Shown here: positions 44,984 through 55,031 of the stretch, piece after piece
How the letters are laid out: every line of letters starts with the position of its first letter
Numbering within the stretch: position 1 is the first letter of the stretch
Assembly (NCBI GenBank): GCA_049319825.1
Contig: JBMORT010000008.1
Coordinates: forward strand, 12,331 to 76,330
DNA: 64,000 nucleotides
Direction: 5' to 3'
Origin: Patescibacteria group bacterium
GTDB taxonomy: Bacteria; Patescibacteriota; Patescibacteriia; UBA11705; DATKZF01
Program-made: the position numbers and the translations under genes
The notes under the pieces: generated by a model
Seen by the model: the letters and a program-made list of their open reading frames with translations, nothing else
Told to the model about the DNA's origin: nothing
Databases searched by the model: none

Positions 44984-46456
44984 ATGAAGGTCGCGCTGAT
45001 CGAACCCGGCGCTCCGGGCTATCATGTTTTTAAAAAGTTTGTCCTGCCCAGGCTGGGCTTGCCGATTTTGGGAGCAATACTGAAAAATTTGGGACATGAG
45101 GTCAGAATTTTCTGCGAAGATCTGGCCAAAATCGACTGGGATTTCATCGGCCAGGCTGATTTGATCGGCATTTCCACTATCACTTGCACTGCGGAAAGAG
45201 CTTATGACATCGCCAAGCGAGTAAAAAAAGACTGGCCGAATAAGCCGGTGGTCATGGGCGGCGCCCATGTGACATTCTTAGCAGAAGAAGCATTGGATAA
45301 TGGCGCCGATATTGTTGTCAGAAAAGAAGGCGAGCAAACAATAATTGAAATTGTCGCTTGGCTGGAAAACAAAATCGAGCTGCCCGAAATCAAGGGTATT
45401 TCATACAAAGTCGCCGGAAAAGTCATTGATAATCCGGACAGGGAACAGGATAAGGATGTTTTCGATCATATCCCGTTCCCGGCTTTGGAATTGATCGAAG
45501 GGTATCGAAAAATGAGGGCTATCCCCATTCAAACTTCCCGCGGCTGCCAGTATAAATGCGAATTCTGCTCGGTCACTCCCATGTTCGGCAGAAATTTGCG
45601 CTGTGCCGGCACCGAAGCGATTATTTTTGAAACTGAAAGACTGGTCAGGTTGATGCCGCGTCGTCCGATTTTTTACTATGATGATAATTTTGTCAGTCAG
45701 CCGAATCGTACCAAAGAAATATTGCGCGGTTTGATCGAATTGCGTAAAAAGTTAGGGGTGAAGTTCAGCTGGTCAGCCCAAGTGACAGTCAAAGCAGCCA
45801 AAGACGATGAATTGATGAAGCTCTTCAAAGACGCCGGCTGCAACCAGGTGTTTGTCGGCTTTGAATCAATCAATCCCAAAACTCTTGAAGAATGGCATAA
45901 AAGCCAGAATGTTGACGAAATCAGAAGATGCATTAAAGCATTTCATCAGTTTGGCATCGCTGTTCACGGCATGTTTGTGCTCGGCAGCGATAATGATGAT
46001 TTGAATACAGTAAAAGAAACGGTCAAGTTTGCCATTGAAATGAAAATTGATACGGTGATGTTTTCCATTCTGACGCCGCTGCCCGGCACGGCGATCTATG
46101 AAAAACTGGATAGAGAAGGCCGGCTGCTTTCCAAATCCTGGCGGTATTATGACTCGCATCATGCGGTTTTCGAGCCGAAACTGATCAGCGCCTGGCAGCT
46201 GCAAAAAGCGGTCATGCTCGGCGCCATGCCCAGATTTTATTCCTGGGGCCGGGTGATTAAGCGGGCGCTGGCATCGCTGCTGCCTCCGTACAGTTCAAAA
46301 AAGCAAGGGTTTCGGAACTTTTTATTGACGATATACGGCCATATTACGCTTAGAAAGTTTCGCAAAGAAAAGGGAGAGCAGAGATTTTTAAGGTGGCTGA
46401 AAAGCTTGCCGGCCAAACTCAAGAGAAAAAAGGATCAACAGATCGAAATCAGCTGA
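44984..46456 (+). CDS. B12-binding-domain radical SAM protein (class B rSAM); start at MKVALIEP (44984), which has an AAGGAGG RBS
   Basis: N-terminal Rossmann-like B12-binding region (LGLPILGAILKNLGHEV), radical-SAM CxxxCxxC as SRGCQYKCEFCSV. Confidence 0.75.
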   Translation: MKVALIEPGAPGYHVFKKFVLPRLGLPILGAILKNLGHEVRIFCEDLAKIDWDFIGQADLIGISTITCTAERAYDIAKRVKKDWPNKPVVMGGAHVTFLAEEALDNGADIVVRKEGEQTIIEIVAWLENKIELPEIKGISYKVAGKVIDNPDREQDKDVFDHIPFPALELIEGYRKMRAIPIQTSRGCQYKCEFCSVTPMFGRNLRCAGTEAIIFETERLVRLMPRRPIFYYDDNFVSQPNRTKEILRGLIELRKKLGVKFSWSAQVTVKAAKDDELMKLFKDAGCNQVFVGFESINPKTLEEWHKSQNVDEIRRCIKAFHQFGIAVHGMFVLGSDNDDLNTVKETVKFAIEMKIDTVMFSILTPLPGTAIYEKLDREGRLLSKSWRYYDSHHAVFEPKLISAWQLQKAVMLGAMPRFYSWGRVIKRALASLLPPYSSKKQGFRNFLLTIYGHITLRKFRKEKGEQRFLRWLKSLPAKLKRKKDQQIEIS

Positions 46457-46565
46457 ACATCATTTGTCCAGCTTTTTTTGTGTATTGTGAGGCGGCAGCT
46501 TGACATTTGCCCATTTTTGAGGTTAGATGCTATAATATAATCAGGTAAGGTTAACAATTAAATTT

Positions 46566-46649
46566 ATGAAGAAAAGATTTTACATCTTCATGGTTATCCT
46601 TGCTTCAGCCATGCTAAGCATTATGCTAGTTTCAATCATCGTAGACTGA
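46566..46649 (+). CDS. possible 27-aa hydrophobic peptide (MKKRFYIFMVILASAMLSIMLVSIIVD)
   Basis: Short ORF only; no RBS; speculative. Confidence 0.15.
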   Translation: MKKRFYIFMVILASAMLSIMLVSIIVD

Positions 46650-46797
46650 TGAAAAAAAGGACAATAAATTTGCTCATTATTTTGTTTTTTTTAAAAAATA
46701 TGGCCAGATGCTGCGGTTGCGCCAGCTGCGCGCCCAAAAAAATCGCCAAAAAAAAAGCGGTTAAAAAGAAAAAATAAATGATTCATTAAATATAAAT

Positions 46798-47022
46798 ATG
46801 AAAAAGTTGGCATTGGCTCAATTTATTGTTTTAATACTGGGAACTGTCTTTGCCTGGATAAATTTTGTTTATGAATTTATTCAGTGGCGGCGATCCGGCT
46901 CCTGCGCCGCTTGCGTGATCGGTGAGATAAAAAATCCCTTTTTATCTCCGTGTTTTTATGGCGCTATTTTTTTTACCATTGCCGCGGTGTTAAGCGGGCT
47001 GATGGTGAAACGATCGGAGTAA
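46798..47022 (+). CDS. small membrane protein (74 aa) immediately upstream of the ABC transporter
   Basis: Two hydrophobic segments; CAAC pair; 3-nt gap to the ABC ATPase gene. Confidence 0.35.
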   Translation: MKKLALAQFIVLILGTVFAWINFVYEFIQWRRSGSCAACVIGEIKNPFLSPCFYGAIFFTIAAVLSGLMVKRSE

Positions 47023-47025
47023 TTT

Positions 47026-47820
47026 ATGGCCAACATCATTGAAGTTAAAAATTTAACCAAGCAATTCAGGGATTTCAAAGCCGTTGATGATGTTTCTTTT
47101 ACCGTTCGCGCCGGAGAAGTTTTTGCGTTTTTAGGTCCGAATGGCGCCGGCAAGACTACCACCATTAAAATTCTGACCACCTTGCTTCATGCGACGTCCG
47201 GCAGCGCTGTTATCAACGGATTTGATTTGGAATCATCAAAAAATGACATTCGAAAATCTTTTGGCATTGTGTTTCAGGATCAAAGCTTGGATGATGAATT
47301 GACAGCATTTGAAAATATGTATTTTCACGCGGTACTTTTTGATGTCCCGAAGAAGGTAAGAAAAGAAAAAATTAAAAAATTACTTGATTTCGTGGAACTT
47401 TGGGATCGAAGAAAAGATCAGGTAAAAAAGTTTTCCGGCGGCATGAAACGCCGCTTGGAAATTGCCCGTGGCTTGCTGCATCATCCCAAAATTATTTTTT
47501 TAGACGAGCCGACGCTCGGGCTTGACCCGCAAACAAGAAATCACATTTGGGAGTACATGATGGATATAAATAAAACGGAAGGGGTGACCGTTTTTCTTAC
47601 CACGCATTATATGGATGAAGTAGAAAAGGTCGCCGATCGAGTGGCGATTATCGATCAGGGTAAGATAATTTCCATTGGTACTGTTGAGGAGCTGAAATCC
47701 CAATCCGGAGCAGGATCTTTGGAAGAAGTGTTTCTAAAATTAACCGGCCGCCAAATTAGAGAAGAAAACGCTGACGCCACCGATGATATGAGAATGAGGC
47801 GGGCCGTTTTCAGAAAGTAA
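47026..47820 (+). CDS. ABC transporter ATP-binding protein
   Basis: Walker A GPNGAGKTT, ABC signature LSGGMKRRLEIA, Walker B IIFLDEPT. Confidence 0.85.
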   Translation: MANIIEVKNLTKQFRDFKAVDDVSFTVRAGEVFAFLGPNGAGKTTTIKILTTLLHATSGSAVINGFDLESSKNDIRKSFGIVFQDQSLDDELTAFENMYFHAVLFDVPKKVRKEKIKKLLDFVELWDRRKDQVKKFSGGMKRRLEIARGLLHHPKIIFLDEPTLGLDPQTRNHIWEYMMDINKTEGVTVFLTTHYMDEVEKVADRVAIIDQGKIISIGTVEELKSQSGAGSLEEVFLKLTGRQIREENADATDDMRMRRAVFRK

Positions 47821-47821
47821 T

Positions 47822-48568
47822 ATGAAGACAATATACATTTTATGGCTTAGACAAATTAAAAGATTTTTTCGATCAAAGTCTAGAATCATCGGATCGCTCG
47901 GACAGCCATTGTTGTTTTTGGTCGCGCTGGGGTTCGGGCTGGGCCCGGTTTATCAAAAAGCCGGCGAAGGCGATTACCTGCAATTTTTAGCGCCGGGAAT
48001 AATCGCTATGGCCATATTATTCATGTCGATATTTACGGGCATGGAAGTGATTTGGGATAAACAGTTCGGTTTTTTAAAGGAAACATTGGTCGCGCCGGTC
48101 CCACGGTATCAAATTATGCTTGGCCGAACATTGGGCGGGGCGACAGTCGCCATTTTTCAGGGAGCGATCATTTTCGCGCTGACGCTAGCTCTGGGTTTTC
48201 GGCCGGAGAATTGGGCGCTCATGCCGCTCAGCCTGGTGTTTATCGTTTTAATTGCCTTTATATTCGCCTCATTAGGCACGGCCATCGCTTCTTTAATGAA
48301 AGACATGCACGGATTTCAGTTAATTATGAATTTTTTGGTCATGCCGATATTTTTTCTTTCCGGAGCGATTTTTCCGCTTGAAGGATTGCCTAAAGCGCTC
48401 GAAATTGCCGTTAAGATAGATCCGATGTCATACGGAGTCGACGGGCTTAGAGGGTCTTTGGCCGGCCTGTCGCATTTGGGGCTGGGTTTGGATTTGGCTT
48501 TATTATCCATACTAAGCCTGCTGTTTCTAATTTTGGGCAGCTATTTTTTTTCCAAGATCGAGGTGTAA
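47822..48568 (+). CDS. ABC-2 family transporter permease
   Basis: 6 TM segments; 2-nt intergenic gap after the ATPase gene. Confidence 0.7.
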   Translation: MKTIYILWLRQIKRFFRSKSRIIGSLGQPLLFLVALGFGLGPVYQKAGEGDYLQFLAPGIIAMAILFMSIFTGMEVIWDKQFGFLKETLVAPVPRYQIMLGRTLGGATVAIFQGAIIFALTLALGFRPENWALMPLSLVFIVLIAFIFASLGTAIASLMKDMHGFQLIMNFLVMPIFFLSGAIFPLEGLPKALEIAVKIDPMSYGVDGLRGSLAGLSHLGLGLDLALLSILSLLFLILGSYFFSKIEV

Positions 48569-48692
48569 GAATATCTTAATTTAAGTAAAAAGTCCGGGCA
48601 GCGCTCCGGTCTTTTTTTAAAATGGCCGGCGGCTTTGGCTAATTTTATTGAATCGTGTTAAAATTAAGTCAGTATTATTAAAGATAAAATTT

Positions 48693-48974
48693 ATGATGTC
48701 ACAAATTCCCTTTGAACTCGGTAAAATCAATCCTGATGATATTGACAGGGAAATTTTAAGAGCCGGCATTATCGCCGAGCTTGACGCGGTGAATCTTTAC
48801 GAGCAGCTGGCGTCGATGACCGATAACCAAGATTTGAAAAAAGTTTTCGCTGACATTGCCAAGGAAGAAAAGACTCATGTCGGCGAATTTCAAGCGCTTT
48901 TACTCAAACTTGATAAAGAACAGGTCGATGAGCTTGAAGGCGGCCGAAAAGAGGTGGAAGAATTAACGAAATAA
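48693..48974 (+). CDS. small ferritin-like/rubrerythrin-type four-helix-bundle protein (start at MMSQ)
   Basis: ExxH-type pairs: IIAELDAVNLYEQL and EEKTHVGEFQALLL. Confidence 0.45.
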   Translation: MMSQIPFELGKINPDDIDREILRAGIIAELDAVNLYEQLASMTDNQDLKKVFADIAKEEKTHVGEFQALLLKLDKEQVDELEGGRKEVEELTK

Positions 48975-48993
48975 TTTTTTAAAAAGAAAATCT

Positions 48994-49593
48994 ATGCATG
49001 AGTATTATAATTTGCCGGATTTGCCTTACGGCTACGCCGATCTGGCTCCGTACATAAGCGAGGAGCAATTAAAAATTCATCATACCAAGCATCATCAGGG
49101 TTATGTCAATGCGGCTAATAAGATTTTTAATATGCTGGCTGAAGCCAGAAAAAGCGGTTCTGAGCTTGACGTCAAAGCGACTTTAAAAGAATTGTCTTTT
49201 AATGTGGCCGGGCATTTGCTTCACTCTCTTTTTTGGACAAAAATGGCGCCTCAAGGCGCGGGAGGAGAGCCCGGCGATTTGGGGAAAGCATTGGCTGAGG
49301 AATTCGGATCGGTCGAGAGGTTTAAGGATGAATTTAGCCTGGCGGCTGTTTCCGCGGAAGGTTCTGGCTGGGCAGTTTTAACCTATGATCCCTTGGTAAA
49401 AAAGTTAATGATTACCCAGATTGAAAAGCACAACGTGAACCTGGTACCAAGCCTCCCCGTTTTGATGGCGCTTGATGTCTGGGAGCATGCATATTATCTG
49501 GATTATAAAAATGAACGAGCCAAATTTGTCGAGGCGTTTTGGAATATTGTCAATTGGCATGGTATTAATGAGAGATTTAAGAAATTTCAATAA
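48994..49593 (+). CDS. sodA: Fe/Mn superoxide dismutase
   Basis: LPDLPYGYADLAPYIS...HHTKHH...DVWEHAYY. Confidence 0.9.
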   Translation: MHEYYNLPDLPYGYADLAPYISEEQLKIHHTKHHQGYVNAANKIFNMLAEARKSGSELDVKATLKELSFNVAGHLLHSLFWTKMAPQGAGGEPGDLGKALAEEFGSVERFKDEFSLAAVSAEGSGWAVLTYDPLVKKLMITQIEKHNVNLVPSLPVLMALDVWEHAYYLDYKNERAKFVEAFWNIVNWHGINERFKKFQ

Positions 49594-49613
49594 ATAATTA
49601 TGGAAACAGGCCC

Positions 49614-49662
49614 GCGGCTTGCAGGAACGCAAAATTTCGTGTGCCTGCAAGCCGCATTTTTA
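49614..49662 (+). terminator. terminator-like 12-bp GC hairpin (gcggcttgcagg-18 nt loop-cctgcaagccgc) plus attttta after sodA
   Basis: Read directly. Confidence 0.4.
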
Positions 49663-49663
49663 T

Positions 49664-49750
49664 CCGCGCGGGCGATGCGCGTTCGCGCCTGGCAGGAACA
49701 CAAAATTTTGTGTTCCTGCGCGCCCGCCGGTGGCGGGCCGCCCGCGCGGC
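49664..49750. repeat. GC-rich palindromes related to the preceding hairpin (28-bp perfect palindrome gcaggaacacaaaattttgtgttcctgc; gcccgcc-ggt-ggcgggc)
   Basis: Read directly; loop sequence aacRcaaaattt shared with the terminator hairpin. Confidence 0.6.
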
Positions 49751-49758
49751 AATACATT

Positions 49759-50382
49759 ATGCAAAATTTAACAAATAAAATCCAAGAATTGAAAAAATCG
49801 CCGGTTAAAAATCAAATTGACCGGCGGATTTCGGAATTTAAAAAAGCGGGCAGAGGATCGGATGATGAGGTTTTTAAGGAATTATGTTTTTGTCTGCTGA
49901 CCGCCAATTCCACGGCCCGGCAGTGCCTCCGGGTTCATTCTCTGGTCGGCGATGGGTTTTTAAATTTGCCCGAAAATAAATTGCAAAAAGTTTTAAAGCA
50001 ATGCGGCGCCAGGTTTCATACTAAGCGCGCCCATTATATCGCCCTGGCGCAAAAGCATAAGAATGAGTTGAAGGAGTTAATGAAAAAGCTGAATGAATTT
50101 GAATTGCGGAACTGGTTGGTTGAAAATATCAAGGGGTTGGGGTGGAAAGAAGCCAGCCATTTTCTCCGCAATATTGGCTATGATGACTTGGCCATCATTG
50201 ACTTTCACATTATCGATATTTTGGAAAAAGAAGGCTTGATCGAGCGGCCAAAATCTTTGAATAAGAAAAATTATTTGGAAATTGAAAATATTTTGCGCCA
50301 GATCGGGCAGAAGGCCGGATTGAATCTGGCTGAGCTTGATTTGTATTTATGGTATCTGGAAACTAATACCGTTTTGAAATAA
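49759..50382 (+). CDS. HhH-GPD 8-oxoguanine DNA glycosylase/lyase (archaeal-type Ogg); start at MQNLTNK
   Basis: Helix-hairpin-helix GLGWKEASHFLRNIGYDDLAIIDFHIIDIL with a catalytic Lys/Asp context. Confidence 0.6.
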   Translation: MQNLTNKIQELKKSPVKNQIDRRISEFKKAGRGSDDEVFKELCFCLLTANSTARQCLRVHSLVGDGFLNLPENKLQKVLKQCGARFHTKRAHYIALAQKHKNELKELMKKLNEFELRNWLVENIKGLGWKEASHFLRNIGYDDLAIIDFHIIDILEKEGLIERPKSLNKKNYLEIENILRQIGQKAGLNLAELDLYLWYLETNTVLK

Positions 50383-50514
50383 TTAAACGGTCGGGGAACA
50401 GAATAAAATATTTTAAAACCGCCCCGCCGATAATAATTGATCAGTCAATTTGAAAATTTGATTGATCGGGAATATCTTTTCTTTATTAAAAAAGCCCTGG
50501 TTCGTGAGCCGGGC

Positions 50515-50940
50515 TTACAGGTCATAAATGACGTTTGGATCGAATGCCGCGGGCTGTTCGGTGGCAATGGCCACAGGATGCAGCCGAATCAGTCCGATGA
50601 TTTTTCCATTGTTGATATTGAGAAAAAACACTTCGGTTCCAAGTGAATACAGGTTCGGCAGATTGTTCTCCGTGTAAAACAATTCGAAGACTCGCTTGAT
50701 GTTGCTTGAGGCTCTGAAGCGAGTCATTCTGACGCTGCTGATATCGCCTGCCTTGAGCGGATAGAAAAGCTCTGCCAGATATATGCCTTGCTCGGGCATT
50801 TCCAGCGCTGAATTCTTCAGCGCGGAGAAGATTTTATCGGTTTCTTGGATTTGAATTTCCGGGCCGGCTTGCCTGGCGCGGGCACACCCGGTCAGCATAG
50901 CGACGACGATCACTGGGCACAAATACTTGGTGGGCATCAT
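50515..50940 (-). CDS. putative lipoprotein (start MMPTKYLCPVIVVAMLTGC)
   Basis: Lipobox LTGC; paralogous C-terminus to the next gene (NGKIIGLIRL vs NGKIIDLILIL). Confidence 0.4.
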   Translation of the reverse strand: MMPTKYLCPVIVVAMLTGCARARQAGPEIQIQETDKIFSALKNSALEMPEQGIYLAELFYPLKAGDISSVRMTRFRASSNIKRVFELFYTENNLPNLYSLGTEVFFLNINNGKIIGLIRLHPVAIATEQPAAFDPNVIYDL

Positions 50941-51037
50941 GTCCTCCTTTTTTGTTTGTTGGCAGAAATATATTATTTCATGAATTTCGGTTTGTGTCAA
51001 GATGCCCAAATTAAAAATCCAGCTTGGCTGGATGGAA

Positions 51038-51505
51038 TTAATACGATCTGTCGAGGATCAAGATTAAGTCGATTATTTTACCGTTTTTAACTTGAATTAA
51101 ATACAAGTCTTTGGAAATTCGAATATCCGGCGCGCCTCTTTTGGCCGGTCCGCGGATATTGGCAAACACAGCGTTCAGTGAGTTCACTTTTTGCCATTCG
51201 ACGATCTCATTGTCATATTCGAAAAGAAAAATTCCCGTTTTGATTTTTGATAGTGAGATATACTTTTCCGCGGCGATTCGGATCGATTCGATTTCACCCA
51301 GAACCGTTTTATGGTTTGGTATTGGCGGTTGCTCGCATTTTTTCGATTCAGCTGGCGCCGTTGCCGAAATTTGATGCTGGCATTTTTCCAACGCTTGCCG
51401 CAAAGTAATGTTTTCATTGCTGAGCGCGGTGTCTTTGGGGCACAATTTATTGCTTGGCGCGCAACCGATAAATAACCAAGCCAAGATGATCACGTGCGTC
51501 TTCAT
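51038..51505 (-). CDS. putative lipoprotein (paralog of 50515-50940)
   Basis: MKTHVIILAWLFIGCAPSNK lipobox FIGC. Confidence 0.45.
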   Translation of the reverse strand: MKTHVIILAWLFIGCAPSNKLCPKDTALSNENITLRQALEKCQHQISATAPAESKKCEQPPIPNHKTVLGEIESIRIAAEKYISLSKIKTGIFLFEYDNEIVEWQKVNSLNAVFANIRGPAKRGAPDIRISKDLYLIQVKNGKIIDLILILDRSY

Positions 51506-51618
51506 TATGTCCTCCTTATATGCGGGGTTTAATTATTTCATAAATAATGATGTTTGTCAAACATCCAGACAGCATGATCAAAAAACGGTTTAGAAACATC
51601 TAAACCGTTTGGCGATCA

Positions 51619-51882
51619 TTAATCGCAGTTAATGTTAGTTTGAAATGAAAATCTCAGCGCCCAATTTAGTTCTGGGATTCGGATGAACCGCATGAAATCA
51701 TCCCGGAGCATGGCCGGAATGGGGTCGGATTGAGCCAGCAGTGGGTAGATGGAGACGAGGATGGAACCATCGCAATAAATGGCCGATAATCCGAATCCGT
51801 ATTGTTCAACATACTGCCGATACGTGTCCTCGATGAACGAAGCGAATTCCCGCAGCAGATCGCGGCATTCTCTGTTGGGCAT
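51619..51882 (-). CDS. hypothetical protein (87 aa)
   Basis: ORF only. Confidence 0.25.
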   Translation of the reverse strand: MPNRECRDLLREFASFIEDTYRQYVEQYGFGLSAIYCDGSILVSIYPLLAQSDPIPAMLRDDFMRFIRIPELNWALRFSFQTNINCD

Positions 51883-51993
51883 CGATATCCTCGGCGTGAG
51901 TTGTTTGGGAGCTTATTTCATAATACATTTTTTAAATATATTTGTTAAGTTGAATCGCAAAATTTTAAAAAAGCCCGGTGGTGCCCGAGCTTT

Positions 51994-52557
51994 TTACTTT
52001 GATTCGATATCTCCTAGTAAATAATCGCGTGTGAATATGGCATGTAATTGGTAGCCGGCCGACTCAAGCTTCTCCCGACCGCCCTGCAACCGGTCAATGA
52101 TGCAGCAAATGCCCGCCACATTCAATCCGGCTTCTTCGATTTTGCCGCAAGCGTCGAGTGATGAGCCGCCGCTGGTGACCACGTCTTCGAGCAGCGCGAC
52201 AGATTGTCCGGCCGAAACATTGCCCAGGCCCTCGATCCATCTGGAAGTGCCGTGATCTTTTGGCTGTTTGCGAACGATCAGCGCGGGCAGGGATTTTTCC
52301 AAGGATCTTGAAGCCAAACTGACCGCCGTCACCAGCGGATCGCCGCCGAGCGTCACTCCGGCCACTGCATCAACGGACATTTTCTTAAGCATGAAAAGAA
52401 AAATCATACCCAATAATGATGCACCATCAGGATGCAGCGCCGTTTGTTTGCAGTCAATGTAATATTTGCTTTTTGCCCCGGAAGCAAGAGTAAAGTCGCC
52501 TCGAATAACGGATTTTTGGATCAGTAGACGCCTTAATGCCTCTTTGAGCACGTGCAT
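51994..52557 (-). CDS. pyrE: orotate phosphoribosyltransferase
   Basis: PRPP-binding motif ALLEDVVTSGGS; GDFTLASGAKSKYYIDCK. Confidence 0.85.
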   Translation of the reverse strand: MHVLKEALRRLLIQKSVIRGDFTLASGAKSKYYIDCKQTALHPDGASLLGMIFLFMLKKMSVDAVAGVTLGGDPLVTAVSLASRSLEKSLPALIVRKQPKDHGTSRWIEGLGNVSAGQSVALLEDVVTSGGSSLDACGKIEEAGLNVAGICCIIDRLQGGREKLESAGYQLHAIFTRDYLLGDIESK

Positions 52558-52685
52558 TTATCCCTCCTTGATTTGCCGCGGATTAAATGCCATTTAAGCT
52601 TATCGCGGCTTTTATTAAATGTCAAAAGTTGTATGAATTCGTAATTCTTTGTAATATGATGAATAGCGATATAAATTCGTAATTT

Positions 52686-53816
52686 ATGGAATTTCAGATC
52701 CAAAGACAATCGAAAAATTCGAAAGCTCGTTTAACTGAGTTTAAAACCGCTCATGGCGTCATTTCCGGTCCATTTTTTATGCCCATTGCCACCAAGGGCG
52801 CGGTTAAGCATTTGACTTATGAAGATTTGGCACAGCTCGAAGCGCAAATTATTTTATCCAATACTTATCATCTCCTCCTTAAACCCGGACAGGATTTGAT
52901 GAATAATTTCGGTGGTTTGCATGAAATGATGAAATGGGATGGACCAATTTTGACAGACAGCGGCGGATTTCAAGTCTTCTCTTTGGCCAAGATCAGAAAG
53001 TTATCTGAGCAAGGTGTTGAATTCGCTTCTCACATTGACGGCTCGAAGGTCATGCTGACTCCGGAAAAATCAGTTGAAATGCAAATGGCCGTCGGCTCTG
53101 ACATTATGATGGCGCTGGATGTTTGCACAGAACTGCCGGCGACGAAAGAAAAGCTCGAGGAGGCGCTGGATATGACTTTTAAATGGGCGAAGAAGTGTAA
53201 AAGGTTTTTCACCTCAGCCGGATCGGGGCGGGCCCGGCAAAAATCTGCCCTTTTTGGCATTGTCCAGGGCGGCACAGATAAAGATTTGCGTCTGAAAAGC
53301 ATTGAGCAAATAACTTCGATTGATTTTGAAGGCTATGCCATCGGCGGTTTGGCGGTGGGCGAGAGCCATCGTGAAATGTATGAAGTTTTGGATTATGCTT
53401 GCCCGGCGCTGCCCGAGGATAAGCCGCGGTATTTAATGGGAGTCGGCAAGCCTGAAAATATCATCGAAGCGGTCAAGCGCGGCGTGGACATGTTTGACTG
53501 CGTGATACCGACGCGCGAAGCGCGGCACGGCCGGTTGTATTTATTTAAGGAAGATATTGATTTTAAAAATTTAATGGCTGCGAAATTAAAGGCTGACAAA
53601 GATTTTTATTACGCGATTAATATTAAAAGCGAGCCGTTCAAAGAGGATTTTTCGCCGATTAATTCTGAAAGCAAATTTAAAATATTGCGAAATTATTCAA
53701 AAGCCTATTTGAGGCACTTATTCGATGTCGAGGAGCCGCTGGCTCAGCGTCTGGCGACGCTGAACAACCTTGAGTTTTTCTTGGAGTTAATGAAACGAAT
53801 TCGCAATCGTTTGTGA
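52686..53816 (+). CDS. tgt: queuine tRNA-ribosyltransferase
   Basis: ILTDSGGFQVFSL; Zn-site CxCxxC...H region; preceded by a GTAAT-repeat element. Confidence 0.9.
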   Translation: MEFQIQRQSKNSKARLTEFKTAHGVISGPFFMPIATKGAVKHLTYEDLAQLEAQIILSNTYHLLLKPGQDLMNNFGGLHEMMKWDGPILTDSGGFQVFSLAKIRKLSEQGVEFASHIDGSKVMLTPEKSVEMQMAVGSDIMMALDVCTELPATKEKLEEALDMTFKWAKKCKRFFTSAGSGRARQKSALFGIVQGGTDKDLRLKSIEQITSIDFEGYAIGGLAVGESHREMYEVLDYACPALPEDKPRYLMGVGKPENIIEAVKRGVDMFDCVIPTREARHGRLYLFKEDIDFKNLMAAKLKADKDFYYAINIKSEPFKEDFSPINSESKFKILRNYSKAYLRHLFDVEEPLAQRLATLNNLEFFLELMKRIRNRL

Positions 53817-53929
53817 TCTCATTTCGCCAGGCAATGGAAATAGGTGATATGAAATTCGGTCGCAGTTCTCTTTGCTGCTTTTGCCTTTCGAAAAAAAACA
53901 GGGGAAAATTCCCTTGTTTTTTATCACAT

Positions 53930-54745
53930 TTAAGCGGCTTTTTCTTCTCCGAGTATCGCGTCAAGTTTGGCCTCCAGTTCTCGCGGCGGACTGGTGATAA
54001 TATCTTCGATGGCTCGAATGGCGCTTAGCTGATCGGGCGTCAGCCGAATTATTTTTTCCGTGGTGCCCGAATGTCTTTTCATTATTTTTTTGATTATCCG
54101 ATCGATATTTTTTATATGTCCGGCCGCCGTTTTGAATTTTTCTTTTTCATCGGTTTTTTTTCGCAGCGTATCGTGTAAATCTTCGACAGTTTCAAACAGA
54201 TCTCTGATGACTTCTTCTTTATTATTTTCCATCTGGCGCGTTATTTCCGCGATCCTGTCAGAGCTGGCCTCTTTTTCGCGCTCAAAGCGACGTAAGTCTT
54301 CAACCGATATTCCCGTTCTGACCACCGGTGGCAGTGAAGCGTTTTCCGGTCCGAAGATTATTTTTTCCTTTTCGGCCACCTCCGCCGCGATTATCCTATC
54401 CAATGCGCCCCGGCGGGTTTTCGATTTTAATGCCCGCTGAGAAGATGTTTCAGCGATGGCCTGAGTATCTTCGATGGCCGCCGCGGCCAGCGCCCTCCCT
54501 CGTTCGCTGATGGCGTCCAATTGATACTTGGTGGCTGAATCGTATTCCCGCGAACCGCGCGTTTCTTCCAGATCGCGCAGCGACGAATTGATGTTGATTG
54601 TCTGCGCATCGGCTATTCTATCCAGATCAATTTTTTTTTCCGCCACTATTTCAGCTTGTTCTTGGCGAGTGGTGATTTCTTCTGGCTTTTCAGCCGGCCG
54701 CGAATGCCTGATGGGTTTGTCTGATATGACCATATTATTCTTCAT
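53930..54745 (-). CDS. hypothetical coiled-coil protein (271 aa)
   Basis: Charged, helical; overlaps by 11 nt the small ORF upstream of it. Confidence 0.4.
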   Translation of the reverse strand: MKNNMVISDKPIRHSRPAEKPEEITTRQEQAEIVAEKKIDLDRIADAQTININSSLRDLEETRGSREYDSATKYQLDAISERGRALAAAAIEDTQAIAETSSQRALKSKTRRGALDRIIAAEVAEKEKIIFGPENASLPPVVRTGISVEDLRRFEREKEASSDRIAEITRQMENNKEEVIRDLFETVEDLHDTLRKKTDEKEKFKTAAGHIKNIDRIIKKIMKRHSGTTEKIIRLTPDQLSAIRAIEDIITSPPRELEAKLDAILGEEKAA

Positions 54746-54920
54746 TAATTTGTTTTTGCGTTTGTTTTATTTCTTCCGCTTCTGATTTTTTTTGAAAATC
54801 CTTGATGATTTGCAGCTGTCTTTTCTTGAGCAGCGCCATTTCTTTTTGAAATTTTCCCCAGGCTTCTTCGAGCGCTTTAATTTTCGCGTCATTTAAAGAA
54901 TGGTTTTGCGATTTATTCAT
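54735..54920 (-). CDS. small basic helical protein (start MNKSQNH; paralog of 60838-60990)
   Basis: EEAWGKFQKEMALLKKRQLQ aligns to EQAWKEFESRINRLRKKQLE of the paralog. Confidence 0.3.
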   Translation of the reverse strand: MNKSQNHSLNDAKIKALEEAWGKFQKEMALLKKRQLQIIKDFQKKSEAEEIKQTQKQINEE

Positions 54921-55031
54921 ATGAAATAATTTTATAAAAAACTTTGAAATTGTTCGAAAAATCATAGCTATTGTTTATTTTAAAATTATTATGGCTGAAA
55001 GTCAATTATCAGTTGATTTCGCCTTAAAAAG

